Positions 26,415-39,700 are shown, counted from the stretch's first letter. The stretch is DNA of 64,000 nt from Felis catus (GCF_018350175.1 NC_058369.1:24368001-24432000), one strand, 5' to 3'. The notes: generated from the sequence alone by a model not told the origin. Translations and numbers: made by a program.

Positions 26415-26693
26415 GCACCTGCCTGCCTCAGTCAGTGGAAGTCAGTGGAATGGGCAAGTCTTGATCTTAGAGTTGTGAATTCAAGCCCCACGTTGCAAGC
26501 AGAGATTACTTTAAAAAAATAAATTTAAGGAGCACCTGGGTGGCTCAGTCGGTTGTGTCTGACTTCAGTTCAGGTCATGATCTCTAGGTTTGTGAGTTCA
26601 AGCCCCGCATCCAGCTCTGCACTGACAGCCTAGAGCCTGCTTCAGATTCTCTATCTCTCTCTCTCTGCCCCTCCCCTGCTCACTCACTCACTG

Positions 26694-26746
<53 letters not shown>

Positions 26747-27025
26747 TAAATAAATAAATAAATAAACAAATAAATAGGCATTTAAAAATAAATAAATAAA
26801 TTGGGGGTGCCTAGGTGGCTCAGTCAGTTGAGCACCCAACTTCAGCTGGGGTCATGATCTCACAGTTTGTGGGTTCGAGCCACACATTGGGCACTGTACT
26901 TACAGCTCAGAGCCTGGAGTCTGTTTCAGATTCTGTGTGTGTCTCTCTCTGCCCCTCCCCTGCTTATGTGCTCACTCTTTCTCTGTCTCTCTCAAAAATA
27001 AACATTTAAAAATAAAAATAAATTT
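26415..27025 (+). mobile_element. Three head-to-tail CAN-SINEs (short old type ~26415-26525; ~26529-26800; ~26803-27025)
   Basis: Three successive SINE heads, each following the A-rich tail of the previous copy. Confidence 0.88.
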
Positions 27026-30000
27026 TAAAAAATTTTTAATGAATGTTCAACTTTTTTTGAAAGGTCCACCATGGTGCTGTGCACAAAACAGCTACTCAGT
27101 AAACACAGGTGTCTGTGATTCAACTTCAGGAGTTAAATTCACACAAATGAAACCTGTTCATAGCAGGAATTATTGACTGGCAACTCAAATATTCAAACAC
27201 ATCATAAGAAGAGTTTGGGCAAAAAAAAAGAAAGAAGACTCATCATTTTTTTAAGTCTTCCTTGCTTCCAAATAACAACTATATATCATCCAGAGCTAAC
27301 ATTTAACTTGACATTTTGCTTTTTCTGGCTATCACTTAAAACCCACATTTTTTTCCCTTATTTAAGGAAAATAGTTAAATGGGACAAAGTTTTTTTTTAA
27401 GTTGAAAGATGAGAAGATGAAGAAATTTCTCAAGAAAAAGAAATAAGCTAAAGGATAATTTCTGGTATCGTAAATGGATAGCACAAATCAAAAACACAGG
27501 GCTTTGCAAGTTTGAATGAGTTATGCTCCAACTGTTATAAAGACTTCAGGGCAAGACTTAAAACTCAAGGGGGAAAACAGGGCATATGTTGGCTGTAGGG
27601 TACATATTTGGAGCCCTATTTGGAGGGCTGAAAAAAGTGATGACTCTTGCTTGGTAGCACAAAGCACAACATCACACCTCCCCAAAAATATCAGAGACCT
27701 CTTTAGCTCCCATGAGCTGCCTCAACCTGTTCTATGATACAAACTCCAGTGCATAATTTCCAAAGTAAGTTTTGAGAGAAAAACCAGTTGAACCTATGGG
27801 CTCTCTTCAGCAAAAGCAGAATGAAGGAGTAGAAAGTATTGAAACTCTGGAGGAAAAATCTACATTCAGATTTCAGTTACCAGCTGCCTAGATGTAGGAC
27901 CTTAGCAGGTTGCTTATCCTTCCTAAAGCACAACTTTCTCATCTGTGAAATGGGGCTAATTATGCCTACTCACAGGTTATTATATGTCAGGTGCCCTACA
28001 CCATGTGTGTTCAGTGGTATTCAGGCTGTGGGTTGTCACCAGTGGTGCAAAGTGGTATTTTTGTTCTTATTCTTTTTAACAGCCACAGAGTGGGGCAAAG
28101 TTTTAAAGTTTAAAAGCCACCATAATGGCTGGCTTGAAAAACTGGGCTTGAAACAAATTTTCTATGAACAACTCATCTTGGGAGAAGAACTCATTCTAAG
28201 TAGAGTGCAGTGTTTAGACTCAAACAGGTAAGAGTTCAAAAGACAGAAGAAATAAACCTAAGGAGCTTAGAGCCAAAGAAAACGTTTCGGCCACGCAGTG
28301 ATGTTCCTGACTAGATCCCAGGACTCAAATGAAGTTCATACTGGGAACTGGGATGCATTCAATGGCCTAGGTTTGAATTTGACATCTCTCCTTTCCTAGC
28401 TGTGTGACCTTTGGAAAAGTTGCCACGGTAGCTCTTACATTCTCCATGTTCCAGTGCATCCCTTCCATGCCTCACAGAACTGAATTGGCAGAATTTGACC
28501 AAATACCAGTGTATCTTTTAAAAGAAATTTAATGCAACTGCAGATTAGCTTCACCCCATGCGGAAGAACAGCAGTCATCTGCCTAAAGCACAAAGACAAG
28601 TCTTGGTCTTTAGTTTAAATACCAAAAGATCAACCTCACCACTGGAGTTTAGCACCTGAATGCAAAGTCATAATGTTTGATCAACAGTACAACTACAAAT
28701 CAGCAATTTGGTCAAGTTCAAGTTTGAATTGCTCACTATTCATCTCCCATAGAGAAGCCTGATGAGGACAAATATTACTGAAGAAGAACCATTTATGACA
28801 TACAAGTACCTGGCTGGTCATGTGACTGGAAAGCTATATACCCACAATCCTCACTTCAGTTACCACAGAAATACTGTCATCCAGTGATATTATGCCCCCA
28901 GCTTCTTAATCCACTTTAGATAACAAGTTCATGAGATCAAATACATTTTCTGCAACTTTTACTAAATCCCTTAATGTCACTCATTTAGATCCCATCTGAT
29001 AAATTCTGCCAAAGTTAGTGCAAGTATAACGTTTGTTTTTCTTGATGAATGAATGCCATTTAATTTATTAAGCAAATGAGAACTAAAAGGTTTTATGTAT
29101 TATCCTTTTAGCCTCGGTGGTTAAGTTTAAAGTGAAGTTTATGTTCCATCTCAGTAATTATCATTATTCTGGGATTGGTTTCTTTTTCTTTTTTTTTTTT
29201 TTGCATTTTCTTAAAATACAACTTTCTCCCTACCCTTTCCTTTTGTGATTGTTAGAGCTGCTATAGCCATCTTGCTCAGACAGGCAGACTGGGACTGTCT
29301 GAAAATGAATTTACATGAAGGAAGCCAAACTACAAAATGGAATGAGAAAAACTAGAATCCATTAACATCTTTTGAGTCCCTGGATCAAGCTATGCCTGAA
29401 GAAATACCTTGTTTTTCTCCAGTTGAGTGAGCCACTAAACTTCCTTTTGGCTTTAGCCATTTTGAATTAGATTTTCATTCACTTGGAAGTTCTAGCTAAC
29501 AAAGAAAACAATTTTAAGATTATCTGACAAGTACTCTCATTACTGTAATTCATTTTCTTAAAAATAAACTGGGTACAGTTTTATGAATGAATGTAAGAAA
29601 GTGAAATTTTTGGACATCATCTTTATGTCATGTCAAATTTATAATAAAAGCAGGTTAAAACATTCTTTCAAAGGATCAACAGCACAGGGAAAAAAGGAGG
29701 GAAAAAGCTTTTCACTACCATTTTTATTGACAGTTCTCCTTAAGAGCAGAGAAGAGAGGCTTAGTAAAGAATCTTTAGACACAAAAGTAAGAAAAGGAGG
29801 AGAACAGCACCATCTAGAAGAAAACTAATTTCTCTGAGAAACACACACAGTGTTCTAGTGCAAACCTGAAACATACCTGCCAGAGCAAATCGGGATCAAA
29901 GTTAAAACTTGGAGCTCCCTGCAAGAAGATAAATCACAAATAACTTCATTCATTTTGTTTCCTTTCATTTCCATTCAGGTGACTTTTTCCCCCTGGCTCA

Positions 30001-30733
30001 ATTGGCTACAGGAGATGTGATGGCTGCAAGAGAATTACTCCCTCTTTGATGCTGGCAGATTGCCCTCCTCAATGCTTCTCCACAGAGACACATTTTCACA
30101 ATTGTACAAGTCCAGAGGGGCACGTACAGATCTCCTAGAACTACCAGACCCTACTTCTAAAACTGCTTGAATTAGGGCAAGGTTTCACAAATTTTCACTA
30201 CAAACAACTTTAAGTTGATGCAAAGTGTATGTGTGGAAAAAATGAGGGGTCAGAAGTTCACCCTCAGTTTCTCTAAGAAGCAAGGGACTAGTAGAGGTAA
30301 ATTATTAGCCCTTAATTCATGTCATCTCCCTGAAACTACAGGTCAAATTTTCTCTAGGAAAGTTCCTTTTAACCTTAGATTTTGAGAAGGCACTAGATGA
30401 CACCAGTATTTACCCAAAGGTGTTTAAGTTCAAACACAATGGCGTCTCGAGTTCCACCCACCAGGTTTAAGGGTCAGTTATATTTGATAGTCAACCCTAA
30501 GGCTTGTAAAATATGGGTTTCTAATATTCCCTCCAATTTCACAGGGATGTAATATAGAAAATCAGATGAGATCACAGCCTCTGTCACAAGATACACACAT
30601 GGCTGAAAAGATGACCCTCTACCATCTGCCTCCATAACTCAATTTATGTATGGTAAGTATAGATGCTAATGGGACCCAGACTTCTCCACTGACAAAACAG
30701 AAGGCAGTGCTTGGTAAATTAATACACGTCCAA

Positions 30734-30764
<31 letters not shown>

Positions 30765-30770
30765 ACAACA
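30734..30770. repeat. (AAC)n microsatellite
   Basis: About 12 units with one interruption. Confidence 0.9.
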
Positions 30771-31694
30771 GAAAAACGCCTGGCTCAATTCCCTGACAAG
30801 TGTATTGATCATCATTTGTCCTAAAAATGTGTTTTATAAGCCAGCATCATGGGCATCCATAAAAGAAAAACTCCACACTCAATTTACTGATAATATATGA
30901 ATGTGGATTTGCCCTAAAAATCATGTTTTTATAGCTTCCCATATAGATAGCATAAATGGGTGTATTTATTTACTATTTTATTGTTTTCAAATAAAACATA
31001 TGATATGAGAAATAGTAGAAATTAAACAGATTTTCTACTTCTAAAAGTCACCAAAAAGTATTAATTGTCTGAATAGAGACCTTTACAAAGATAATGCCCA
31101 ATGCACTGGGAGAGATGTCATTCCTGATTTTTCTAAAGACTCCTGGAATTCACTCTTTTTAAAAAGAAAAGATACTTTGGAAATACATTCTATATACATC
31201 CTCTTTTCCATTAGTAACTGTGCCAGAGACCAGAATGGCAGGCATGCAGGTGGGTGGAAGAAACATTGAGTGACTCTTTACAAAAAATAAAATAAAATAT
31301 TTTCTCTTTTTTCTTTTCTTTAAAAGGGAGAGAGAGAGAGAGAGAGAGAGAAACAAAGAAAAAGCCCTAACCAAATTTCAGGTTTGGTTCCAATGTAAAG
31401 TGAGGAAGAAATCTCAGTTATGAAACACTCCCCCGCAAGTGTAGAACGATAAGTTTCTTTTCAAAACAAGTTCAAATTACATAAATTCAAACTGAATTGA
31501 TGAGCCAAGATTAGCAAGTATTGTTCATTCTTATTGGCATTTGGTTCCTTTGATGATATTTTTCAAACCAATTTGCTGCAAATGCATTATGAGTGCCTTG
31601 ACTCATGTAACCCCACTCGGGGGACATACAGTTTTAAAGCAAATGTTCTACATTATTTCCACAAAAATTCACTTGAAGACATTGTCATTGACAA

Positions 31695-31803
31695 GAAAGA
31701 AAAGAAAAGAAAAGAAAAGAAAAGAAAAGAAAAGAAAAGAAAAGAAAAGAAAAGAAAAGAAAAGAAAAGAAAAGAAAGAAAAAAGAAAAGAAAACAAAAA
31801 GAA
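31695..31803. repeat. (AAAAG)n pentanucleotide microsatellite
   Basis: Long near-perfect run; explains the KRKEK ORFs at 31534-31866. Confidence 0.97.
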
Positions 31804-32862
31804 AACACCTTTAAAAAAATCCTAAGTCAGAACTGTACATGCCAAAAATTCAATAGCTGGTGTTAATTTCTTTTTCTCCAGGACTTAGGGATTTTTTGGC
31901 AGACAATTCAAAATCATACACTATAAAAGACAGAAAAATCATTACCCTATCAGCAAGTTTTGGAATTCTCTTGTAGGCTAATGGTGACCAGCAAACTCTC
32001 AAGTGTTAAATTCAAGTATGGAATTATCAGATTGTAAACATCACTGTTATGTTTTTCTTCATGAAACAATTTAAATCAAGAATTATTTACTCTTAAGATA
32101 AACACTATTTGCTTCCCTCTGGCAAACACTGAAAGTAAAAAACCTTTATTTACATTTCTAGATACTGACAAAGCAATGGGTTTCATTTAGATCTGTTTCT
32201 TAATCATACATCATGGCTTAGCCATCATCATTTATTTCATTATTCTTTAAATGCCCTAAATCCATCCAGGAGGATCTATAATTCTTTTAAATAGCATATC
32301 TCTATGCTTCCACAGCTATGTTATGAGTACTTAATAAGTTATTATTACTTCCAGACTTGGTTAGGAGAAAATACTGGAGTCCTGGGAAAGTACTATTCTT
32401 TGAAAAGTACATTTTCCTGATAGCACAGTTTTAATTATTTAAGGACTTCATTGAATGTAAGTCAACTTCTTTGTCAAACCTTAGTTTCTTAAGATATCTT
32501 TTCATTGTAATGTGAATGAAAAGGGGGAAAAAATTATTCTAGCTTTAGAAATTTCCTTTTAAAGCACACACAAAACCTCCCCTAGGGTTGAAAGCATTGG
32601 CCATGCTCTGGAAATGAACCCACCCCTCCTTTCAGCCAAGGGATACTTGAGTCCTTTATTCTTTTGCCCAGAAAAGGCATCCTAATTAAAGCGCCAATAA
32701 ATTAAATGTACCCAAGAAAGCAAAAAGATCCAGAAGAAAAGCACCCACCAGGGTGCCTAGAGAAAAACACAAGGTTCATTTCAAGTGTTTATGTTAGGCA
32801 CCATCAAGTTAGAACAAACTCCGGAGGCACAGCTGTTTTTGACAAATGTGAACAGCTCCTAC

Positions 32863-32937
32863 CTTCATTTCAATGACAGTCTGGAGAGCCTTCGTCTTGG
32901 CTGGCTCCGGCTGAAGTTGGCTTCTTCGGTGCAATTC
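32863..32937 (-). CDS. ERC2: ERC2 (CAST1/ELKS2) internal coding exon, 75 nt, phase 0-0: ELHRRSQLQPEPAKTKALQTVIEMK
   Basis: Minus strand reads ttatttctatcgtgttcctccacag|GAATTGCAC...GAAATGAAG|gtagga: 25 stop-free codons with canonical AG/GT. The peptide matches the recalled ERC2 coiled coil (paralog ERC1 reads EMHRRFENAPDSAKTKALQTVIEMK here) and joins in frame to the exon at 9698-9853. Confidence 0.96.
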
Positions 32938-34644
32938 CTGTGGAGGAACACGATAGAAATAAGCCTGACGGTTCATCCTTCCGTTACACCATGACCTTTA
33001 CACAGGTACCACACAGCCCACCGGGTGCAGGTTTGCTGTGCACAGACATAAACAAGCCACAGGTGCTTCTTCCCCCACCCTCTTTAGCATCACTCCTGCC
33101 TGGAGCCTGCGTTCCAGTGAAAACCTCCTGGCACATGCGCTATTTCTGAAACTTCCATCAATAATTAATGTCAACTGTGACAAAGCCAGCAAGTAATCAT
33201 AGTCCAAATACTGTTCAACACTGGGGCTGTTGCCCAGCCATCAAATCATAATTTACTAAATTACATTTCTCTGTGCTCCCAATACAAACACAGCATGGAA
33301 ACGGAGGAAAGAAAATGACTAACGTGGTTGCAAATCCACTGCACGCATGGCATTTTGCTACTGAGGTAGGTTTGAAATGAGCAATTTAAAACCTTTTCAG
33401 TACAACTGTGTTACTTTTTGGAGTGAACTGATGTGATGAAACCCTGTGAATATCTTGCTTCCTAATTTACAGTTTCGGTCCTTGTTCAAAATCACATCTG
33501 TGTGTGATATGTTTATACACTCATGATGCCAAGAAATTAAAATTGGCATTAATATCAACAGTGTTAGAGAGGATACAAAAAAGCCAGATGCAGACCCAAG
33601 AACTTCTGGAATATGACAAATATAACTTCAGGTAAAAAGCAAGCAACATAACCACAATTTTAACCTTGAAGGCTCACTTTTTTTATGCCTCTTCTCCAAA
33701 GAACAGTTCTGTAAAGACTTTGAAAGTTGCCTTGGCAGAAGACATAAAGATAAGATTTGTTCAGTTTATACTTTGATTTTCTTAGTAATAATTATAAACA
33801 GTTTTATGAAAGCAGCCAATGAGAGGAAAAAACAACAGTGCTCACACATGTCCATGCCACTGATACTAGTCACCTATGGAGTAATTTCATAAGATTTATT
33901 TGCTTCCAGAAAAATCATTTAAATTCAACATGAAGTAGTTCTAGGCCTTCACATTCCACTGGGCCACAGACATTAAAAATGAAAAGCAAACAAACAAAAA
34001 ACTACCTTGGCTTTAGGGAAGAGAACTAACATGATTTCTAGCTTTTCCAAGGAAAGGTATTAAAATTAAATCTCATTCCACCACTACCGTCTACTATCAT
34101 CACCATCTCATAAAGACAGAACATATTAATGTAAGTATTGCCAGAAAAACAGAATTCCACAATAAAAGATAATCCTTCCCAGGATAATAAAACAAGCAAT
34201 CTTTGCCCATATCCCATTATATTGTTCTTATTTGCCAGTGGCCCAAGAAGACTTGGTCATGGAACACGGTGCACATGTCTAGGAACCAGCCCTGGAAAAT
34301 CACCACTACAGCTCTGGAATACAGCATATTTTCTTCCCAAAGTCATCACTGGCACACACCAGCAAACTTGTGCAAAACTACTTCTCAACCACCAATTTGA
34401 GAAGAATTTGAATTAGTGCTTCCTAATTATTCAAAATGGTCTCACAAAGACATTTTTCCCTAACATATCCTTGGAAGATACAGAGTCAAGTATTACCAAA
34501 CCCATCTTATGAATAGAGACAGAAAGAAAGCCTGTGTCCTTTTGGAGGCCCTGGTCTAAAATAACCCAGCAATACTGGTCATTTTTAGGCTGCATGGTAA
34601 TGGCAGAAATTTTCTGAAGGAATGACCTTAAAAGCAACTTCCCT

Positions 34645-34690
34645 TCTGTGTCTCCCTCTCTCTCTGCCCCTTCCTACTCACTTTCTTTTC

Positions 34691-34721
<31 letters not shown>

Positions 34722-35160
34722 CTTTTCTTTTCTTTTCTTTTCTTTTCCTTCTTTCTTTCTTTCCTTCCTTCCTTCCTTCCTTCCTTCCTTCCTTCCTTCC
34801 TTCTCTTTCTTTCTCTCTCTCTCAAAAACAATTTAAAAAACATTTTTAAAAAATTAAATAAATAAAAATAAAAGGGGCGCCTGGGTGACTCAGTCAGTTG
34901 AGCATCCAACTTCAGCTCACGTCATAATCTCACAGTTCATGAGTTCCAGCCCTGCATCAGGCTCTGTGCTGACAGGTCAGAGCCTGGAGCCTGCTTCGGA
35001 TTCTGTGTCTCCCTCTCTCTCTGCTTCTCCCTCTCTCCCTCCCTCTCTCTCTCTCTCAAAAATAAACCTAAAAAAAAACAAAAAATTATACTATACTTAT
35101 ATTATATTATATTATATTATATTATATTATATTATATTATATTATATTATATTATATTAC
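34645..35160 (+). mobile_element. 5'-truncated CAN-SINE with (CTTTT)n(CTTC)n expansion, then a full CAN-SINE (34874-~35085) and (ATTAT)n
   Basis: SINE 3' half ttctgtgtctccctctctctctgcccc at ~34644; second head ggggcgcctgggtgactcagtc at 34874; pentamer run at ~35097-35160. Confidence 0.88.
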
Positions 35161-35211
35161 ATTTTAAAAAGCAGCTTTCCTTTATTACCTACAATGTCCC
35201 TGGCACTACTT

Positions 35212-35746
35212 CTTTTTTTTTTAATTTTTTATTTTTTAAAATTTACATACAAATTAGTTAGCATATACTGCAACAATGATTTCAGGAGTAGATTCCTTAG
35301 TGTCCCTTACCCATTTAGCCCATCCTCCTCCCACACCCCTCCAGTAACTCTCATTTTGTTCTCCATATTTATGAGTCTCTTCTGTTTTGTTCCCCTGTTT
35401 TTATATATTATTTTTGTTTCCCTTCCCTTATGTTCATCTGGTTTTGTCTCCTAAAGTCCTCATATGAGTGAAGTCATATGACTTTTGTCTTTCTCTGACT
35501 AATTTCACTTAGCATTAATACCCTCCAATTCCATCCACATAGTTGCAAATGGCAAGAGTTCATTCTTTTTGATTGCCGAGTAATACTCCATTGTATATAC
35601 ATACCACACCTTCTGTATCCATTCATCCATCGATGGACATTTGGGCTCTTTCTATACGTTGGCTATTGTTGATAGTGCTGCTATAAACATTGGGGTGCAT
35701 GTGTCCCTTCGAAACAGCATACCTGTATCCCCTGGATAAATGCCTA
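35212..35746 (-). mobile_element. Felid L1 3' end fragment
   Basis: Reverse complement of the L1 3' end at 55800-56360; poly-T at the left; flanking repeat actacttct at ~35204 and ~35747. Confidence 0.88.
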
Positions 35747-35814
35747 ACTACTTCTCTTTTTCAAGCCTCAATATCACGCTATGGAGAATCAAACCTCTGT
35801 GTGGTGAGTCCAGT

Positions 35815-36030
35815 TGGCTACTGGTAAATATTTATTTAACAACCAGCACCCACCATGGCCAACTTCAAATTACCTAAGTGGTGTCACTGAATGCAAAGTT
35901 GGGAAGAGAGGCACAATAGTACCCTATTGTACAGTATTTATACCATATGGACCAACTACATGTAATAACATCAAGAATACTGTTATCTGTGTTCATTTTA
36001 CAGATAACAGTAAAATGTAACAAAAAAATA
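35815..36030. mobile_element. Possible hAT-Tip100 (Arthur-like) fragment
   Basis: ctggtaaatatttatttaacaaccagc...gaatgcaaagttgggaagagaggc resembles the recalled Arthur1 consensus. Confidence 0.4.
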
Positions 36031-36059
36031 GGAAATTATGAGTTTTAATACAATGTTTC

Positions 36060-36316
36060 TTTTTTAACTTTTTTTAATGTTTGAGGTTTGTTTTTTTTGT
36101 TTTTTGTTTTTTTTTGTTTTTTTTTTTTTTTTTAGAGAGAGAGAGAGACAGAGCATGAGCAGGGAAGGGGCAGAGACAGAGGGAGACATAGAATCTGAAG
36201 CAGGTTCCAGGCTCTGAGCTATCAGCACAGAGGCCAATGCAGGGCTCAAACCTGTGAACCATGAGATCATGGCCTGAGTTGAAGTCAGACACAAGTGACT
36301 GAGCCACCCAGGCATC
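36060..36316 (-). mobile_element. CAN-SINE
   Basis: Consensus match in reverse with long T tracts. Confidence 0.9.
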
Positions 36317-36627
36317 AGTTTATATATTTAATTTGTAACATCAGCTGTTAGAACAAGTTTCCAATTTTGACTTTCATGGACCAGTCCAACCCAGTTCCAG
36401 CATACCACTGGGTGAATCACATAAGGAATTCAACCTCCAAAGAAAGCTTCTTTAGCCCTCAATGTTACTTCCAAGATTTTTGGGAGTACACGCTGGACTA
36501 ATAAAATTTCACAGATGAAAAAATGGACAGTAAGTCACTTGTCAGAGTTCCTCCATAGTAAGGGGTAGAAGAAAAACACTTCACATGTCACTAATCCTGA
36601 TCCATATGTATCAAAAGCATCTTAATG

Positions 36628-36844
36628 AGGGGCGCCTGGGTGGCTCCGTCAGTTGAGTGTCCGACTTCAGCTCAGGTCATGATCTCACGGCTCATGAGTT
36701 CGGGCCTCAGGTCACGAGCTGTCGGGCTGACAGCTCAGAGCCTGGAGTCTGCTTCAGGTTCTGTGTCCCTCTCTTGCTCTGCCCTTCCCTCATTCATGCT
36801 CTGTCTCTCTTTCTCTCAAGAATAAATAAAACATTTAAAAAAAA
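36628..36844 (+). mobile_element. CAN-SINE
   Basis: ggggcgcctgggtggctccgtc...aataaataaaac; outer flanking repeat catctta(a/c)tga at ~36618 and ~37090. Confidence 0.92.
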
Positions 36845-37070
36845 TTTTTTTTTAATTTTTTTTTCAACGTTTTTTATTTATTTTTGGGACAGAGAGAGAC
36901 AGAGCATGAACGGGGGAGGGGCAGAGAGAGAGGGAGACACAGAATCGGAAACAGGCTCCAGGCTCTGAGCCATCAGCCCAGAGCCTGACACGGGGCTCGA
37001 ACTCACGGACCGCGAGATCGTGACCTGGCTGAAGTTGGACGCTTAACTGACTGCGCCACCCAGGCGCCCC
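36845..37070 (-). mobile_element. Young felid CAN-SINE inserted antisense into the tail of the preceding SINE
   Basis: CpG-rich copy with taaaaaa(aa)ttttttt on both sides. Confidence 0.92.
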
Positions 37071-37559
37071 TAAAAAATTTTTTTAAAAACATCTTACTGA
37101 AAAAGTCTGAGAAATGAATTCATGGTAATTTCATACCATAGCCAAACCAAATTCCAGAATAAAAATCATAAGATAATTTGAGGAGAGTTTGCATAAAATA
37201 AGCAAAAATAATTAAGACGCAACTAAGTAACACAAAGAGAAAATAAAAACCATAGAGTAAAGGTATGTGTTGTTGTAATTTCTGCCAAGCAGAAAAACAT
37301 TTTTTAGAGCAAACATGCAATAACAAAGCTAAACTTGTAGCAATAGTTTTGCAAAAATGGAAAGAGTTTTCTTTGCTATAATTATACAATTTCCATTATA
37401 ATGTAAACCAGCTCAAAATCAAGACTGGGTCCTTACGCTCTGTGTCATCACTCCTTAAAATGTAAAATGAAACAAAATCTCCAGTTACCTGAAAATTGCA
37501 ATTTTCCTATCTTAACTACACTGTATTTCAATCAATCCTGACTTCAAGTTTCTGAGGAT

Positions 37560-38090
37560 CACCTTAATTCCTAAGGTGTCAGGTAAGTGAAGATTGTAAT
37601 CCACATGCAGACATCATGGATGGTCTGAAAGTTCCATCTCAGACACTTCATCCATCTCTGAGACTGAGCATCCTTAAAACACTCACTCTGTGGCAGAGAG
37701 TAGCAACTGCCCAACCAAGAAGATTTGTGCTCCTCTTCATTAAAGTAGAGTGTTTCTAGGAAGCACCACCACCACTGCCCATGTATCAGTGATGATGGTG
37801 CCAAATTACTTATTTCTGGCCAGTGGGACATGGGCAGAAATTAGGAACTCAACTTCCATAAATACTTTTTACCCTGTCCTCAATTCTCCCTCTTTTCCTG
37901 TCTTCTGGCTGGAAGTAAAGTACTCCAAGACCCAAGACGCTGGTAGAACCCCAAGAGAAAAGGAGAATGAGTTCCTGAAATGCCATATAAAAAGGTCACT
38001 GAACACCAACATGGGATGGTGGTGTGTGTGAAAAATAAACCTCTGTTAAGTTAGCCTCTGTGCTTTCAGGCTCTCTCTGTAAAGATCCCA
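37560..38090 (+). mobile_element. Old MaLR (MLT1-type) LTR
   Basis: ttctggccagtgggacatgggcagaa...gtgtgaaaaataaacctctgttaag resembles late MLT1 subfamilies. Confidence 0.5.
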
Positions 38091-39182
38091 GCCCTCTCTG
38101 CCTTTACTGCAATGGCTACAAGGAAAAATAATACCTAATTAGCCCTGTGTTGTTTGTTGCTTTTGAATCACAAAAGTGATTTTAATGTGTGAGAGCTTAC
38201 CAAGTTTTTCTAAACTGACAGTAAGACGTGTCGGTTGGTGGGTGCTTCAACTATGCCTAACTATCTGAAAGATGCACCCATTATGGATTAATCTTAACTA
38301 AAGAATTTCCCTAGAAGCATCTGATGTAGATATGAGGTAGTACAAGATTTAACTTACTCTGGTAGTTGTTAAACGACAGTATTAATCAAGTACAGTGGAC
38401 TTATACTTTTCTGGGTCACTGATCTCTGTAAGAATTAGATGGAAGGTATAGATTCTCTTTACAAATGAGTACAAAAGCACATACAAACAAAACGGTGTGC
38501 ACCATTTCAGCTGCTTCACAGGACCTGGTCCAGTACCTGGGGGTTCATCTTTGAACCAGACTACAGGCTAAAAAACACTTACTGAGAGGAAAGGGCACTG
38601 TACAGGGAGTGGAGAGTCAGGAGCCCACAGTCCCAGCCTGAGGCCTTGGGCACACCTCTTCCCTACTCTGAGCTACAGAATAAGAAGCTCTATCACTAGG
38701 TTTCTGAGAACATCCAGATTTTTAATAGGCAGCTGACTCTGAAATGCTGATCTCTGGCTGGAATTTCTAATCACACCAATTCTCAGTTCTAAAAACATAA
38801 TAAAAATAAAACTGGCAGCATCAAAAACTTTAATATCTTACTGTGACACAGAAACCCAGGTTATATATTCTCCCATAATTTCATTACTCACTTGGCCATA
38901 GCTAGTCTAAAACTGCCAGCTCCTCCAGGTGACCAAAATGGAAACATACCAAGAACTCAAAATTTTAAACATGAAATCTCAAGTAGTTCATTGGGATGAC
39001 ATTTCTTGGCAGTTAATGAGAATCTAGAGTCTAGTGAGTTAATGTGGATGGACACTAGCTTCCAAAATGAAACTGGAAGAATAATGTTTGCACACACCAT
39101 CTACTTTCTTCAGTAGGAAAAAAAAAAACACCTCAAATCTTGACTTTCTATCCACTATTTTCATCTGACCTCTCTCCCTTAC

Positions 39183-39700
39183 TGTCCTAGTAATCTACTG
39201 CTATGGAGCAAACCACTCCAAATTTAGTGGTGCCAGACTAGCACCATTTGATTATGTTCATGAATTCTAGATCATGAACTTCTAAAGGATAGACTAGGGA
39301 AAGCTTGTTTCTAAAGCATGATGTCAGGGGCTAGAACAGCTGGGACTGGAGGATCCAATTCCAAGATGTATATGGTATATTGGCTGGAAGAAGACTTGAA
39401 AGCTGGGTTTAGCTAGAATTGCCACCTATATATGGTGACACCTGTATATGGCATCTCCACGTGGCTTAGACTTCCTCATAGCATGGCAGCATCAGGGTAT
39501 CAACCTCTTACTTTCAGGTGTAAAGATGCCAAGAGCAAGCGTTCCAGCAAATAAGCCAAAGACTGCATGGCCCTTTATTACCTAACCTTGGAAGTCCCAT
39601 AGCATCACCTCTGCCATGCTCTGTTGGTTGAAACAGTTGCAAGCCTGCTCAATTCTAGGGAAAAGTGCCAAAGAATCTCAGGCCATATTTTTAAGTTATC
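39183..39700 (-). mobile_element. MaLR (MLT1-type) LTR
   Basis: atctactgctatggagcaaaccactccaaatttagtgg...tccacgtggcttagacttcctcatagcatggcagc...ccttggaagtcccatagcatcacctctgccatgctctgttggttgaaacagt. Confidence 0.7.

Larger units (their letters stand above)
9854..32862 (-). other. ERC2: ERC2 intron (~23.0 kb, GT-AG) between the two coding exons
   Basis: Bounded by gtagga at 32862 and cag at 9854 on the minus strand. The neighbouring ERC2 coding exons were not found in the window, so 1-9697 and 32938-64000 are inferred to be intronic too. Confidence 0.9.

Noticed and set aside
31534..31866. Lys/Arg-rich ORFs (also 34622-35454)
   Set aside because: Translations of (AAAAG)n, (CTTTT)n, (CTTC)n and (ATTAT)n microsatellites.
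32785..33207. ORF-track calls overlapping the 75-nt exon
   Set aside because: Wrong strand or position; the real coding segment is the short minus-strand exon 32863-32937.
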